NCBI RefSeq assembly: GCF_018350175.1
Contig: NC_058368.1
Coordinates: 29,204,001-29,268,000, forward strand
Direction: 5' to 3'
Length of the DNA: 64,000 bases
Source: Felis catus
Lineage: Eukaryota
In this document: positions 37,750-51,773 of the stretch, in pieces
How positions within the stretch are numbered: position 1 is the stretch's first letter
Layout: every line of letters begins with the position of its first letter
The notes under the pieces: model-generated
The model's database searches: none
The model's input: the letters and a program-made list of their open reading frames with translations, nothing else
What the model was told of the DNA's origin: nothing
Translations under genes and position numbers: made by a program

Positions 37750-37965
37750 AGCAGGGGAGGAGCAGAGAGAGAGGGAGACCCAGAATCTGAAGCAGGCTCC
37801 AGGCTCTGAGCTGTCATGACAGCACAGAGCCCAACACGGGGCTCAAACCCATGGACTGCGAGATCGTGACCTGAGCTGAAGTCGGCCGCTTAACTGACTG
37901 AGCCACCCAGGCGCCCCAGTTCACAGGGATCATCATTCTCTTCCACATGATATCAGACTGGCCCA
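36310..37965 (+). mobile_element. ERVL internal remnant (gag-pro-pol), interrupted by a SINE
   Basis: Gag-like RHKFVRGALASLKSS...DLWHWLVDHGVSRGKID; protease LLDTGSEMTLIPGDP; RT-like [12 protein letters not shown]; stops and frameshifts. SINE at about 37690-37917 with TSD AGTTCACAGG. Confidence 0.85.
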
Positions 37966-39493
37966 GGAGAGCCAATGATACACTCTCAGTAACTGAACTA
38001 CTGATACTTATTTATGGCTAAATGTCAATACTGCTAAATGCTCTACAAGTGTTTATCTCAGTTATTCCTCACAACAACCCTTGGAGGTAGGTTGAATTCA
38101 GCACTATATCATATGCTTACTTATGCCTTGAAGCACTACTCACATAGTCTGCAATGTGAATGGCTTTCCATACTGTAGCCCTGGTTATAATTACCATTTA
38201 CAAGTAGGGAAACCAGAGCATGAACAAATGAAATAACTTGCCTGTGGACACACACTAGGAAGAGGAAAAGCTTAAATTTGAACCCAGGCAGCCTAAGATT
38301 GGCTCTAGTAATCTGTACAGTAAAGTTGCAGCCTTCTCCTTTCAGGTCATATAAATTCAAATATGTGCCCTCAACATGAAGTAGGTAAAGTGGGAGGGGT
38401 GGGGGGGGTGAGGGGAATAATATTAAAAGTACAGAGTGAGTATGAGATGGAAAATTTAATTGTTGTGGCCTCACTCTGTCTCAGTTTCTAGGTATCTTTC
38501 ATAATATGAGCATCTGACTACACTGAGTATTAATGATAAACAATTACATTTTTCATATCATCTGACTGCTAAATGCTAGTCAGCTTCTTTATCCGGTATT
38601 CAAGAAGATAAACAGTAATTTGTTCCATCACTGGAGGAAGACCAGCCGTGTTGGACTTACTAAGAGACAGTGTGTCAGGGGCGCCTGGCTGGTTCAGTCA
38701 GCGGAACGTGCGACTCTTGATCTTGGTGTTGTGAGTTTGAGCCCCACGTTAGATGTAGAGATAACTTAAAAATAAAATCTTAAAAGGAGAGGGTATGTCA
38801 GTCTCTGATAAGTTACCTTCCTAAGTCGTTTTCTAGGGTAATCTAAAATTATGGCCAATTTTTGTCCACCATGCTGACTTTAGAAACCAAGTGGTTAGAT
38901 TTGATGTCAGAGCACTGAGTCTTCACTAGAAACATCTTAGGAACATGGCAGCAGCAGTGGCAGCATAGTTAACCCAGGGGAAGGAAGTTTGAGTTAAGGA
39001 TTTTATAAGCAGCAAAACTGACTTATGAGTATAAGTATACAAACTTCTCAATATGCAGGGATTCAAGAAGTCCTTTTCCCATGTTCCCTTTCTGAGGAAT
39101 CTACTAGAAGATAAAAGTTTAGACAACTAAAATATGAAGTATCAACATAAGGAGTAGAGGTGAGCATGCATGTGGTTACCTGCAGAACTAGGTCTATTTG
39201 AGGACTAAGGAAAATAATACAGTGTTTTAGAACTGTATCTGACAGTATAGAATACAATCATTTGAAAAATGGGAGAACAGGAAGAGCAACTTTTAATGTT
39301 TTTAGTAATCATGTTGTGGCAGAACTAGCATAGTTATTCTAGACTGTTGTATGTGTACTGTGGGATAAAATAGATGAATAATTATGAGATATTGTAGTAT
39401 CTTCCCTGTCCTTAAGAACCAAGATTCTTGGAATGGAAGACAAGAGCAATAGAGAAGAGGCTGTCATCTTGAATTTACCCTGGAAGTATTAAT

Positions 39494-39960
39494 TGTCAAG
39501 AACTGCAAATGGTCTGAGATTTTGCCCTACTTGCAAGCTAACAAGTTAGCACGCCACAGTTTTGTGGGTCAGAGACAGAGGACAGGTTATTGCTCGCAAT
39601 AGCAGTAAGCAGAATATTACCATTTTTGTTTTGGTTCAATGAGCCCCAGGTCCTATAAGGCAACTCGAAGCCAGATAACTGCCTATGCAGTAGGTTTCAT
39701 TATATAAGAGGAACTCTGAGCTTAGCGATCTCAAAATTTTTAAGTAAGCATGCTTGCCCATTGCTCTAACAAGGAGACGCTACCTTTACCTTCCAAGGCC
39801 ATAAGCAAACTTGTCCTTTGCTCTGGAGGGAGATGCACCTCCAAAGCTGTTTCCTATGCAAACACTCTTAAAAATATTTTCTGGAACGAGAGGACAGGGA
39901 GTGCCTTATTTGCAAGATGTGCAGAAATGCAAGAAACCGATACAGAGTTGTCTCCCAACA
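39494..39960 (-). mobile_element. Solo LTR (ERVL class, LTR40-like, tentative) inside an old L1M fragment
   Basis: TG...CA termini (tgtcaagaac ... tctcccaaca), about 467 bp; reverse strand begins TGTTGGGAGACAA. Confidence 0.6.
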
Positions 39961-41571
39961 TCGGTATGAACTCGACGTATTTCCTGTCTCTGTCTACACA
40001 AAGACCTGGAATCAATGACCTACCCAGTAATAGTGAACATTCCTATTGCCCAAATATTAAAAATATTGAAGTATTATTTCTCTCTGAAAGGAATGAAGGC
40101 TTCTTGGAGAGATCACTGATTCCAGGTTTTGGGGAGGAAAAGTTCAGGATAATCCTGGGAAATTTTGTTATACCATAGTAAGAACTCTGTTATACTCTAC
40201 AAGAAACTCAGAAATTACCTTGAAAAAGCACCTGCTGGACAAAGATGGACAAGTTGAGCTTCACTGATAATAGTTGCAATTGATTTAAACATGATAGATA
40301 CACTCAAATCCTGGATTTATAGTGGTATTTTAAAAATAGTGTCTTCATATGATTAAAATGACCCTACTTCATTATAGTGTCAGAATGTAGCCTGATGCAG
40401 GGCTCAAACCCAAAACTGTGAGACCATGACCTGAGCCAAAACCAAGAGTCAGATGCTTAACCAACTGAGCCACTCAAGTACCCCATGTCTGTGTATTATT
40501 TTATAATAAAAATACTAAAAAAAAATATGTCCAATAAGAAAAGGCTAACCTAGGCATGAAGATTTTTTTGTGTTTATCTTCACGTTCCACAGATAAATAA
40601 GCAAGAGCTAAATTTCAACAGATTCTTGAAAACTTGGGAGGACCTATATAGAATTATTCATCATGTAAAAATAAATAAACATTAAAAAATTATTTTTTAA
40701 ATGAGCACCTCAGGGGCACCTGGGTGGCTCAGTCGGTTAAGCAGTTAAGCGTCTGACTTCGGCTCAGGTCATGATCTCACGGCTCGTGAGTTTGAGCCCC
40801 CATCAGACCCTGTGCTCACTGCTCAGAGCCTGGAGCCTGCTTCAGATTCTGTGTCTCCCTCTCTCTGTGCCCCTCCCCTGCTCACACACTGTCTCTCAAA
40901 AATAAATAAATGCTAAAAAAAATTTTTTTTAATAAAAAAAATAAAGGTGTACCTGGATGGCTCAGTCGGTTAAGCATCCGACTTCAGCTTAGGTCATGAT
41001 CTCACTGTTGGTGAGTTCAAGCCCCACATCAGGCTCTGTGCTGATGGCTCAGAGCCTGGAGCCTGCTTCAGATTCTGGGTCTCCCTCTCTCTCTGCCCCT
41101 CCCCTGCTCATGTTCTGTGTCTCTCTCTCTGTCTCTCAAAAATAAACAGTAAATAAATTAAAATAAATACATAAATTCTTATGTTAGTGAGCCTTCTTTT
41201 ATATAGGCACCATACTGGCCTACGCTTGCATAGGGTAGTTCACTGAAGAAAATGTCCCAGCATTTTTTTTCTAGAAGAATTTTTATAAAAGTAAATTTTG
41301 TTCATTACAGAATGTTTAGAAACAAAAGTATAAAAAGTAAAATAAAAAAATATATTGTTCTTCTGTTCCCCAGAGATAAGCATAAATAATATTTTGGTAT
41401 ATTTCCTTTTATATATTAATACATTGACCTTGGGAAGATACAGTTTTGTACCTAGTTTATGTTCTCATCTTTGGCTCTGTACTTGGATTCAGGCCTGGGA
41501 GTAAGGGCATTTAAGATCCAAATCCCTTTCAAAGTAGAACTAGTTAATATTTTTGGATTTTATGTTCCTAG

Positions 41572-41744
41572 GTGGGCTACATCATGCAGCTGCCCGAATT
41601 TCTGGTGACAGTGTATATAAGCATTTGAAGTATGAAGGTGGGATTCACCGAGTTCAACGAATCCCCGAGGTGGGCCTGTCATCAAGAATGCAGCGTATTC
41701 ACACAGGAACCATGTCAGTCATTGTCCTCCCTCAACCAGATGAG
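41572..41744 (+). CDS. MTRF1: MTRF1 coding exon 5 (codon-recognition loop PEVGLS)
   Basis: cctAG|GT GGG CTA..., GLHHAAARISGDSVYKHLKYEGGIHRVQRIPEVGLSSRMQRIHTGTMSVIVLPQPDE, donor GAG|GTAACC; 173 nt. PEVGLS is diagnostic of MTRF1 rather than MTRF1L (PxT). Confidence 0.97.
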
Positions 41745-41820
41745 GTAACCTTACCAGGAGGCATTGATAACTTCAGCTTAATAGGTGTTTTGCTGACAAG
41801 CCTTAGCTTCTAGGAAACTG

Positions 41821-42490
41821 ATTTTTTTTTTAATATATGAAATTTATTGTCATATTGGTTTCCGTACAACACCCAGTGCTCATCCCAAAAGATGCCCTCT
41901 TCAATGCCCATCACCTACACTTCCCTCCCTCCCACCCCCCCATCAACCCTCAGTTCTCAGTTTTTAAGAGTCTCTTATGCTTTGGCTCTCTCCCACTCTA
42001 ACCTCATTTTTTTTTCCTTCCCCTCCCCCATGGGTTTCTGTTAAGTTTCTCAGGATCCACATAAGAGTGAAAACATATGGCATCTGTCTTTCTCTGTATG
42101 GCTTATTTCACTTAGCATCACACTCTCCAGTTCCATCCACGTTGCTACAAAGGGCCATATTTCGTTCTTTCTCATTGCCCTGTAGTACTCCATTGTGTAT
42201 ATAAACCACAATTTCTTTATCCATTCATCAGTTGATGGACATTTAGGCTTTTTCCACAATTTGGCTATTGTTGAGAGTGCTGCTATAAACATTGGGGTAC
42301 AAGTGCCCCTATGCATCAGTACTCCTGTATCCCTTGGGTAAATTCCTAGCAGTGCTACTGCTGGGTCATAGGGTAGGTCTATTTTTAATTTTTTGAGGAA
42401 CCTCCACACGGTTTTCCAGAGTGGCTGCACCAGTTTGCATTCCCACCAACAGTGCAAGAGGGTTCCCGTTTCTCCACATCCTCTCCAGCA
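41821..42490 (-). mobile_element. Young 5'-truncated LINE-1
   Basis: Open ORF2 C-terminus ([22 protein letters not shown]...), 3' UTR, poly(T) on +, perfect 11-bp TSD CTAGGAAACTG at 41810-41820 and 42491-42501. Confidence 0.93.
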
Positions 42491-43094
42491 CTAGGAAACT
42501 GGTTTTTGATGATACACATTGAACTTTGTAGTCTGTATTGGGAAATCTTAACTCTTCCCAAGGTAAAGTTGCCCTTCTTATGCCTCACCAGGGTGTTTTC
42601 TTTTGCTTTTTAAATAGAAGCCAATTCTCTTCATAAAACAGAATTCACAAAGTTTTTATAATGTTGCTTAAGTTTTATCTGTAGAAATGAATTCCATAGA
42701 TCATATGTTGAGGGCAGTGACATAATATCTATATGGGGTCTATTATCTTATTAGTTGAATACAGCCATATTGCCTATTTTTTTTTCCTTTTTAAAATTTT
42801 ATTTTAAATATACAGAAAATTGAAAGACTGCCACTAAAAACTTACATAACCTTCACCTGTAGTCAATACCCATTTACATTTTGCCATATTTGAGGGATTC
42901 CTATGTGTATATGTGTACACATTTTTTTAAATAACTATAAAGAGTATAGCAGACACTATGAGGCTTTATCCTCCAAATCTTCAACTTAACATCTTTTAAG
43001 ATTAGGACATTTTCCTACTTAAATAATACCATTATTTGTGAAAATCAGCCATAATGCTGTAATATTATCTTCTAGGAAGAACTCCTGCACGTTC

Positions 43095-45685
43095 TGTTTA
43101 CTCACAGAATACTCCTCCACTCTAAGTGTGTCGAGCTTTTTTTTCCGCGAGCAAGCAATTTCTCAATAATCTGTGGACACCAAGTGGCTGTCCTACAAGT
43201 CAACTCAATTCTGACATGACCTACCAGGAAATAGCATCAGACCCCACAGGCTAGGAGCTCATTCCCACCGGTCTCCCTTCCCTCCCACCTCAGAGGTCAG
43301 TCACCAGTCCAGGGTGTCACCTGTGCGTCTGACCAAGTGGCTATGAATTGAGAGGTTTCCACAACCCCATCCTTGAGCTCGATAATTTACTGAAGTAGCT
43401 CACAGAACTCAGTTACTATGAAAAGTTGTTTATTACAAAAGATACAATTCAGGAACAGCCATACGGGAGAGATGTATGGGGCAAAGTACGTGCGAAGACG
43501 TGAAGAGCTCCCCTACCCTGTCTAGGTTCACTACCCTCCTTGCGCCTCCACGTGTTCACCAGCCTGAAAGTTCTTTGAACCCTGTGTCTTGAGGATTTTC
43601 ATGGAAACTTCTATACATAGCCATGATTGGTTAAACCATTGGGCACTAGCGATTAATTTGACCTCCAGTTCCTTTCCCTTCACTGAAAGTTGGGGTGGGG
43701 GCGGTAGAGCTGAAAATTCCAGTCCTCCAATCACATGATTAGTCCCCCTGGCAGTCAGCCCCCATCGTGTGGTTATCTAAGGGCTTTAGAAATCACCTCT
43801 TATTAACATACACTTAAAAGGGGGCTTGTTGTGTACAACAAAATACCTTCATCAGTCTTTATTTTTTAATAATTTGTTTTTAATTTACATCCAAGTTAGT
43901 TAGCATATAGTGCAATAATGATTTCAAGAATAGAATCCAATGGTTCATCCCCTACATGTAACACCCAGCACTCATCCCAACAAGTGTCTTCCTTAATGCC
44001 CCTTGCCCATTTAGCCCATCCCCCTACCCACCACCCCTCCAGTAACCCTCTGTTTGTTCTCCATATTTAAGAATCTCTTATGTTTTGCCCCCCTGTTTTT
44101 ATGTGATTTTTGCTCCCCTTCCCTTATGTTCATCTGTTTTGTATCTTAAATTCCACATATCAGTGAAATCATACGATATTTGTCTTTCTCTAATTTCGCT
44201 TAGCATAATTTTGCTGAGTAATATTCCCACTGTGTATATATGCCACATCTTCTTTATCCATTCATCTGTCAATGGACATTTGGGCTCTTTCCATGCTTTG
44301 GCTGTTGGTGATAGTTCTGCTATAAACATTGGGGTGCATGTGCCCCTTCAAGTCAGCATTTTTGTATCTGTTGGATAAATTCCTAGTAGTACAATTGCTG
44401 GGTTGTAGGGTAGTTCTATTTTTAATTTTTTGAGGAACCTCCATACTGTTTTCCAGACTGGCTGCACCAGTTTGCATTCCCACCAGTAGTGTGAAAGGGT
44501 CCCTTTTTCTTTGCATCCTCACCAACATTTGTCATTGCCTGAGCTGTTAATTTTACCCATTCTGACTGGTGTGAGGTAGTATCTCATTGTGGTTTGGATT
44601 TGTATTTCCCTGATGATGAGTGATGTTGAGCATTTTCTCATGTGTCTGTTAACCATCTGGATGTCTTCTTTGGAAAAGTGTCTATTCATGTCTTTTGCTC
44701 ATTTCTTCACTGGATTACTTGTTTTTTTGGGTGTTGAGTTTGATAAGTTCTCTATAGATTTTGGATACTAACCCTTTATCTGATATGTCATTTGCACATA
44801 TCTTCTCCCATTCTGTCAGTTGCCTTTTAGTGTTGCTGATTGTTTCCTTCACCATGCAGAAGCTTTTTATCTTGATGGGGTCCCAAGAGTTCATTTTTGC
44901 TATTGTTTCCATTGTCTCCAGAGACATGTTGAGTAAGAAGTTGCTGTGGCCAAGGTCAAAGAGGTTTTTTCCTGCTTTCTCCTCTAGGATTTTGATGGCT
45001 TCCTGTCTTACGTTTAGGTTTTTCATTCATTTTGAGTTTATTTTTGTGTATGGTGTAAGAAAGTGGTCTAGGTTCATTCTTCTGCATGTTGCTGTCCAGT
45101 TTTCCCAGCACCATTTGCTGAAGAGACTGTCTTTATCCCATTGGATATTCTTTCCTGCTTTGTCAAAGATTAGTTGGCCATATGTTTGTGAGTCCATTTC
45201 TGGGTTCTCTATTCTGTTCCACTGATCTAAGTGTCTGTTTTTGTGTCAGTACCATACCGTCTTGATGATTACAGCTTTGTAATACAGCTTGAAGTCCAGC
45301 ATTGTGATGCCTTCAGCTTTAGTTTTCTTTCTCAGAATTGCTTTGGCTATTTGGGGTCTCTTCTGGTTCCATACAAATTTTAAGATTCTTTGTTCTAGCT
45401 CTGTGAAGAATGCTGGTGTTACTTTGTTAGGGATTGCATTGAATATGTAGATTGTTTTGGGTAGTATTGACATTTTAACGATAGTTGTTATTCCTATCCG
45501 TGTGCATGGAATCTTTTTCCATTTTTTTGTGTCTTCTTCAGTTTCTTCTGCAAGCTTTCTATAGTTTTCAGTGTATAGACTTTTCACCTCTTTGGTTAGG
45601 TTTATTCCTGGTATTTTATGGGTTTTGGTGCAATTCATCAGTCTTATCATAGGAAATTCAGAGGGTTTTAGGAGTTCTGTGGAGT
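43095..45685. mobile_element. MER21-like ERVL LTR split by the L1 insertion
   Basis: Motifs caattctgacatgacctaccaggaaatagcatcagaccccacagg and ggttttaggagttctgtg flank the L1 TSD; family name from recall. Confidence 0.6.
43860..45633 (-). mobile_element. 5'-truncated LINE-1 nested in an LTR
   Basis: Frameshifted ORF2 3' fragments; 12-bp TSD TTCATCAGTCTT at 43848-43859 and 45634-45645. Confidence 0.9.
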
Positions 45686-48085
45686 TATTTCTAGGTTTTT
45701 TTTTTTTTTTTTAAATCAGGATTCCATCAAGTTTCATACCTTGTCATTAAGTCATATATATCTTTAAGGTTGGAACAGTCTCCCAACCCTTTTTTTTTAA
45801 TGACATTAATTTTCTGAAGAGTCTAGACCATTTGTCTTATAGAATTTGTTTCCTCATGGTACTCTTTAACTCATTCCTTTATCCTATTGCATTCAGGTTG
45901 TATGTTTTTTGTGTTTTTTTTTTTAATGTTTATTTATTTTTGAGAGAGACAGAGCATGAGCAGGGGAGGGGCAGAGAGAAGGAGACAGAAGATCAGAAGT
46001 AGGCTCCATGCTATGAGCATAGAGCCCGATATGGGGCTCAAACTCATGGCCGTGAGATCATGACCTGAGCTGAAATCAAACGTTGGATATTTAACCAACT
46101 AAGCCACCCAGGGCGCCTCAGATTACTCATTTTGATCAAGAATACTTTATAGGCACTTATATTCATGTTGCATTTTATCAGAAGACACATAATATCAGAT
46201 TGTCTGACTTTAGTGAGGATTAGTTTAAACATCGTGACCATAAAACTATTACCGTTTAAAAATTATATTTTTCTCTTTGCAGTTCCTGAGGAATCTCTAG
46301 GGTACATATATCCTATTTCCAACAACTTTTCAATGATCTTAACATCCATTAGTGATCTTTTTGCCTGAATCAGTTATTTTCTTTGGGGTTGCAAGATGGT
46401 AATATTCTGTCTTTTCTTCTGCATTTATTAACTGGCATTCTTTTCTGTAAAGAACTTTCCTCACTAATATATCCTCTCTCCTCCTTCCTTCTTTCTTTGT
46501 CTTTTATTTTACCTCATTATAAACTCAATATTATTTCATTATTGACCTCATTGTAGACTTACAGTTTGTGAGTTCTAATCACTGTTGTGTTTAATGTTCA
46601 ATTTGTCCCTGATTTGGTCAGTGGTAGCCTTTTTAGAGCAGATCTTTTTGAAATGACCCCATTAGTTTTTGAACATATCCTTGCTTTCTGGTATAATTAG
46701 ATATCCTAAGCCCAACTTCTATCTGTCTGCCTCAGACTTGGTGTCAGATCTCATTTCTTTTGGTGAGAAATATACCCAGAAATTAAGAGCTGGGTACTAT
46801 GTATGCTCATTATTATTAATGTGTGCTTACATTTAGATTCTTTAATGTACAGAGCTACGATATACATATGATTTTAAATAACTGGTACCAATTACTAGTA
46901 TTACCAACTCAAATTTAACATTAAGGGAGTATTTCCTCCTCACCATCTTGCATTTTGTATTTATATCTCTTTACACGTGAGTAAAAATTTTATTTCTTAA
47001 TGACGTTAATATATTTATGTTTTTCTTTATTATGTAGCATATATAAAATGTTTTTAAAATTAGCAAACTACTGAGTACTGTTTAAGAATTCTGTCCTTAG
47101 GATATTGCCTACCAGGAAAGCATAGTCAAAGCACTATGTTCAAAGACCATCTGAAATAATGTTTTTCTATGTGCTTATGATATCATTATGGTAAATATTT
47201 TGATTCATTTGTTTCTGTTCCTATTAAGTATTAGCATTTGAGTTTTCTTTCCTCTTTTATATAATTTCACTCTTGGTGTATGCAAACATTTATGTAGTTC
47301 AGAAATCAAAACCATAGAGTTTTCTTGCTTTCCTCCTTATTCCTTCCACCCCATTTTCACCTGTCCTCTTATTCTCTTCATATTCTTGAAAATTACACTC
47401 ATGTAGTGGAGTTTCATTTTCATAAAAGAGCAAAGTCTTATTCTCTTAACTGACATTTAAAATTCTTTGTATTTCATTAAGTCACTGTTTCTTTGTTCAG
47501 CATTTTCCAACAGTCATTAGGTAGTTATAACATTTAAGAGAATAGGACATATAATATACATATATTTACTACATGACTATTTAATATACTGTAACCACAA
47601 AAAATGGGAAATTACTCTTCTCTTTAGTGTTTGTTTTTAAAAAAGTATTTATATTTTGGGACCGTGCAAGTGGGGGAGGGGCAGAGTGAGGGAGACAGAG
47701 GATCTGAAGCAGGCTCTGCGCTGACACTCTGAGAGCAGTGAGCCCAATATGGGGCTTGAACTCACAAACCACAAGATCATGACCTGAGCCGAAGTCGAAT
47801 GCTCAAGCGACTGAGCCACCCAGGTGCCCCACTTCTCTTTAGCATTTATTGAAATTTTAAGGTAGCCAACACTGGCATATTTTAACAAAAGCTGTATAAT
47901 CTTTTCTTCACAGTATAGTATTCATTTTAGAGGAAACAAAAGAATAACCAAATTGTATATTAGAGTCTAAAACTGACCCTGTTATTACTCTACAAAGAGA
48001 AAAATCATACTCGCTGCCATTCATACAAATAAATGATAAATGTGGAACAAGATGTTAGTTCTCCCCTGAAAAACATCGTATTTTG

Positions 48086-48087
<2 letters not shown>

Positions 48088-48131
<44 letters not shown>
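48088..48131. repeat. (GT)n microsatellite
   Basis: About 22 units, direct reading. Confidence 0.95.
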
Positions 48132-48133
<2 letters not shown>

Positions 48134-48515
48134 CAAATTACCACAAATTTAGGGGCTGGAAACAGAAAAAAAAATTTATTTTCTCACAGTTCTAGAAGCC
48201 AGGAGTCTAAAATCAAGGTATTGGCAGAACCATACTCCTTCCAGAGCTTCTAAGGGTGAAGGCTGCCTTGCTACTTCCAGTTTCTAGTGTCTCTAGGTGT
48301 TCCTTGGATGCAAGCTAGATAGCTCTGAATGCACACGTTCCTCTCCTCTACTTTCTCCTCTAAGGACACTTCTTACTGGATTTAGGGCCTATTTGAATAA
48401 TCCAGGATGATCTCATCTTAAATCAATTACAGCTGCAAAATCTCTTTTTCCAAATGAGGTTCTAGTGGTGAGAACATGAACATATCTTTTTGGATGCTAC
48501 CATTTAGTCCACTAA
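48130..48515 (-). mobile_element. MLT1 MaLR LTR
   Basis: taacaaattaccacaaa...ctcacagttctagaagccaggagtctaaaatcaaggt...ataatccaggatgatctcatc. Confidence 0.75.
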
Positions 48516-48526
48516 TAAGTACACAT

Positions 48527-49082
48527 AGTCGATTCTCAGTATTCACAGTAATGTTTTGTGAAGTCTCAGCAAACACTGATTTAGCAAATATTGAACCATC
48601 ATTTCCCCTAGGGGAAATATGTATGCGTGTGTATACATATATTTATATACCTATATATTTCTGTATCTATTTATCTTACATGGATTATAATCTTAAAAGT
48701 AACCTGTCATGGTAGAGTCTATTTTCTTTATTTTACAAAGAGAAAATGAGGTTCACAAGTATTAGGTGACTTGCCTGAGGCTACTTCATTAACAGATGCC
48801 TGAGTTGGGGTTCAAACCCCATCCAACTGACCCAAGAGCCAAAGCTTCTTGCACTACGCTGCTCTGCCCCCTCCTGTCTTCATTCTCTGGCCATACTGAA
48901 AAAAGAAAGCCAAGTGTCACCTTGTTCGACCTCAGCTGGGAATGTGCACATATAGAGCAGCTTGGAGTTTCTACAGTTCTGCACATGTCACCTCGTGACT
49001 GTGAAAGTGCAGCAATAATTGATATGGGGAACAAATAAAGTAGGTGAATTTGCATATAGTCAGGGAATAATGAGGATCAACT
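48527..49082. mobile_element. Tigger-family (TcMar) non-autonomous DNA transposon
   Basis: Terminal inverted repeats agtcgattctcagtattc (48527-48544) and gaataatgaggatcaact (49065-49082). Confidence 0.65.
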
Positions 49083-49221
49083 TTATGCGTACACGCATAC
49101 GTATATATGTATATTTTCTATCAAATGTGGCTTTGTGGCATGGTGTGTGAGGAAACTTGAGAGATTGCCTAACCCCATGATCTCATAGCAACATAATCAG
49201 TGTCAAAAAATAGCATCAGTT

Positions 49222-49441
49222 GGGGCGCCTGGGTGGCGCAGTCGGTTAAGCGTCCGACTTCAGCCAGGTCACGATCTCACGGTCCGTGAGTTCGAGCCCC
49301 GCGTCAGGCTCTGGGCTGATGGCTCAGAGCCTGGAGCCTGTTTCCGATTCTGTGTCTCCCTCTCTCTCTGCCCCTCCCCTGTTCATGCTCTGTCTCTCTC
49401 TGTGCCAAAAATAAATAAACGTTGAAAAAAAAATTATAAAA
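49222..49441 (+). mobile_element. Young SINEC_Fc-type insertion about 120 bp upstream of the GGQ exon
   Basis: TSD AAAAAATAGCATCAGTT on both sides (49205 and 49442). Confidence 0.92.
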
Positions 49442-49565
49442 AAAAAATAGCATCAGTTGATATAGGGAGTTTACAGTTCTTTCTTGGGTATAAGCTCTTT
49501 CTTAGTTTAAGTATTAAAACACTTGTTGGACGTTGAATTTATTTGCGTTGTACTTTTGGTTCTAG

Positions 49566-49683
49566 GTAGACGTGAAAATAGACCCCAAGGATTTGCGAAT
49601 AGATACATTTCGAGCCAAAGGAGCAGGAGGTCAGCATGTTAATACAACTGATAGTGCTGTCAGACTCGTCCATGTCCCCACAG
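49566..49683 (+). CDS. MTRF1: MTRF1 coding exon 6 (catalytic GGQ); remaining exons lie beyond the window
   Basis: ttctAG|GTA GAC GTG..., [42 protein letters not shown] at 49626-49634, donor G|GTAATC; 118 nt. Not in the supplied ORF track. Confidence 0.96.
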
Positions 49684-51773
49684 GTAATCAAGTCCCTTTG
49701 CTTTTGTACTTTTAACCTGTGTTTACATCTTACAAAACTATTCAACATTGAGAAGAAAATAGTTTTGTGTTAGTGTCTTGTTTCTTGCACCAACTCTTTA
49801 AGTTGACATTGGGATCATGGGTCTGAGGTCCCCAGTGTGTTCATATTCCACTTTTTTTCTCTGTTTCAAATTTTTATTTAAATTCTAATTAGTTAACATA
49901 TAGTGTCATAGTTGGTTTCAGGAGGAGAATTTAGTGATTCATCACTTACATATAACACCCAGTGCTCATCCCAACAAGTACCTTCTTAATACCCATCACC
50001 CATTTAGCCCATCCCCCCCGCCTCCATTCCAGCAACCCTCAGTTTCTTCTTTGTTTTGAATAGTCTCTATCGTTTGCCTTCCTCTCTATTTTTATCTTAT
50101 TTTTCCTTCCCTTACCCTGTGTTCATCTGTTGTGTTTCTTAAATTCTACATATGAATGAAATCATGTGGTATTTGTTGTTCTCTTATGGACTTACTTCAC
50201 CTAGCATAATATACTCTAGTTCCATTTGTATCATTGTAAATGGCAAGATTGCATTCTTTTTGATGGCTGAGTAATATTCCATTGCGTATATAAACACACC
50301 ACACCTTTTTTTTTTTTTTTTTTTTTTTTTACATTTATTTATTTTGGGGAGAGAGAGAGAGAAGCAAGTAGAGGAGGGGCACAGAGAGAGGGAGACACAG
50401 AATCTGAAGTAGACTCCAGGCTCTGAGCTGTCAGCACAGAGCCCGATGTGGGCCTCAAACCCACAAACCGTAAGATCATGACCTGAGCTGAAGTTGGATG
50501 CTTAACCAACTGAGCCACCCAGGAACCCTGATATACCACAGCTTCTTTATCCACTCATTAGTCAATGGAAATTTGGGCTTTTTCCATAGTTTGGCTATTG
50601 TTGATAATCCTATAATAAACATCAGGGTGCATGTGCCCCTTCAAATCAGTATTTTTCTATCATTTGGGTAAACACCTGGTAGTGTAATTGTTAGGTCGTA
50701 GGATAGTTCTGTTTTTAATTTTTTGAGGAACCTCCATGCTGTTCTCCAGAGTACCAGTTTGCATTCCCACCAACACTTTAAGAGGGTTCCCCTTTCTCCA
50801 CATCCTCTCCAACATCTTTTGTTTCCTATGTTGTTAATTCTGACAGGTGTAAAGTGATACTTCGTTGTGGTTTTGATTTGTATTTCCCTGATGATGAGCA
50901 ATGGTGGGCATCTTTTCATGTCTGGACGAAAGCCATCTGGATGTCTTCTTTAGAAAATACATCTATTCATATATTCTCTATCCCTTTCTTAACTGGATTA
51001 TTTGTTTTGGGGGTGTTGAGTTTGTTGAGTTCTTTACAGATTTTGGATACTAACCCTTTATCTGATATGTCATTTACAAATATCTTCTCCCATTCTGTCA
51101 GTCGCCTTTTAGTTTTGCTGATTGTTTCCTTCACTGTGCAGAAGCTTTTTATGTTGATGAAGTCCCAATAGTTCATTTTTGCTTTTGTTTCCCTTGCCTC
51201 CAGTGACGTGTTTAGTAAGAACTTGCTACGGCCTGGGTGAAAGAGGTTGCTGCCTGTGTTATTCTCTAGAATTTTTACTGTTTCCTGTTTCACATTTGGA
51301 TCTTGCATCCATTTTGAATTTATTTCTGTGTAGGGTGTCAGAAACTATATTTTTTCCATTGGATATTCTTTCCTGCTTTGTTGAAGATTAGTTGACCATA
51401 TGGTTGTGGGTCATTTTTTCTGGGTTTTCTGTTAAGTATTCCATTGATCCAGTGTATGTTTTTGTGTCGGTACCATGTTGTCTTGATGACCACAGCTTTG
51501 TAATACAGCTTGGAGTCCATAATTGTGGTGCCTTCACCTTTGTTTTCTTTTTCAGGATTGCTGTGGCCATTCAGGGTCTTTTGTGGTTCTATACAACCTT
51601 GTTTGTTCTACCTCTGTGAAAAATGCTGCTGGAATTTTGATAGGGATTGCATTAAATATGTAGATTACTTTGAGTCGTATAGACATTTTAACAATGTTTG
51701 CTCTTCTAATCCATGAGCATGGAATGTCTTTCCATTTCTTTGTATCATCTTCAATTTCTTTCAGAAGTGTTCT

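Noticed and set aside
39750..40178. 142-aa ORF
   Set aside because: Spans the LTR/L1M junction, so a chance frame.
40377..40700. Tail-less minus SINE head (40377-40485) and orphan plus SINE tail (about 40667-40700), suggesting a small inversion
   Set aside because: No matching TSD after mentally re-inverting the segment; independent deletions explain it equally well.
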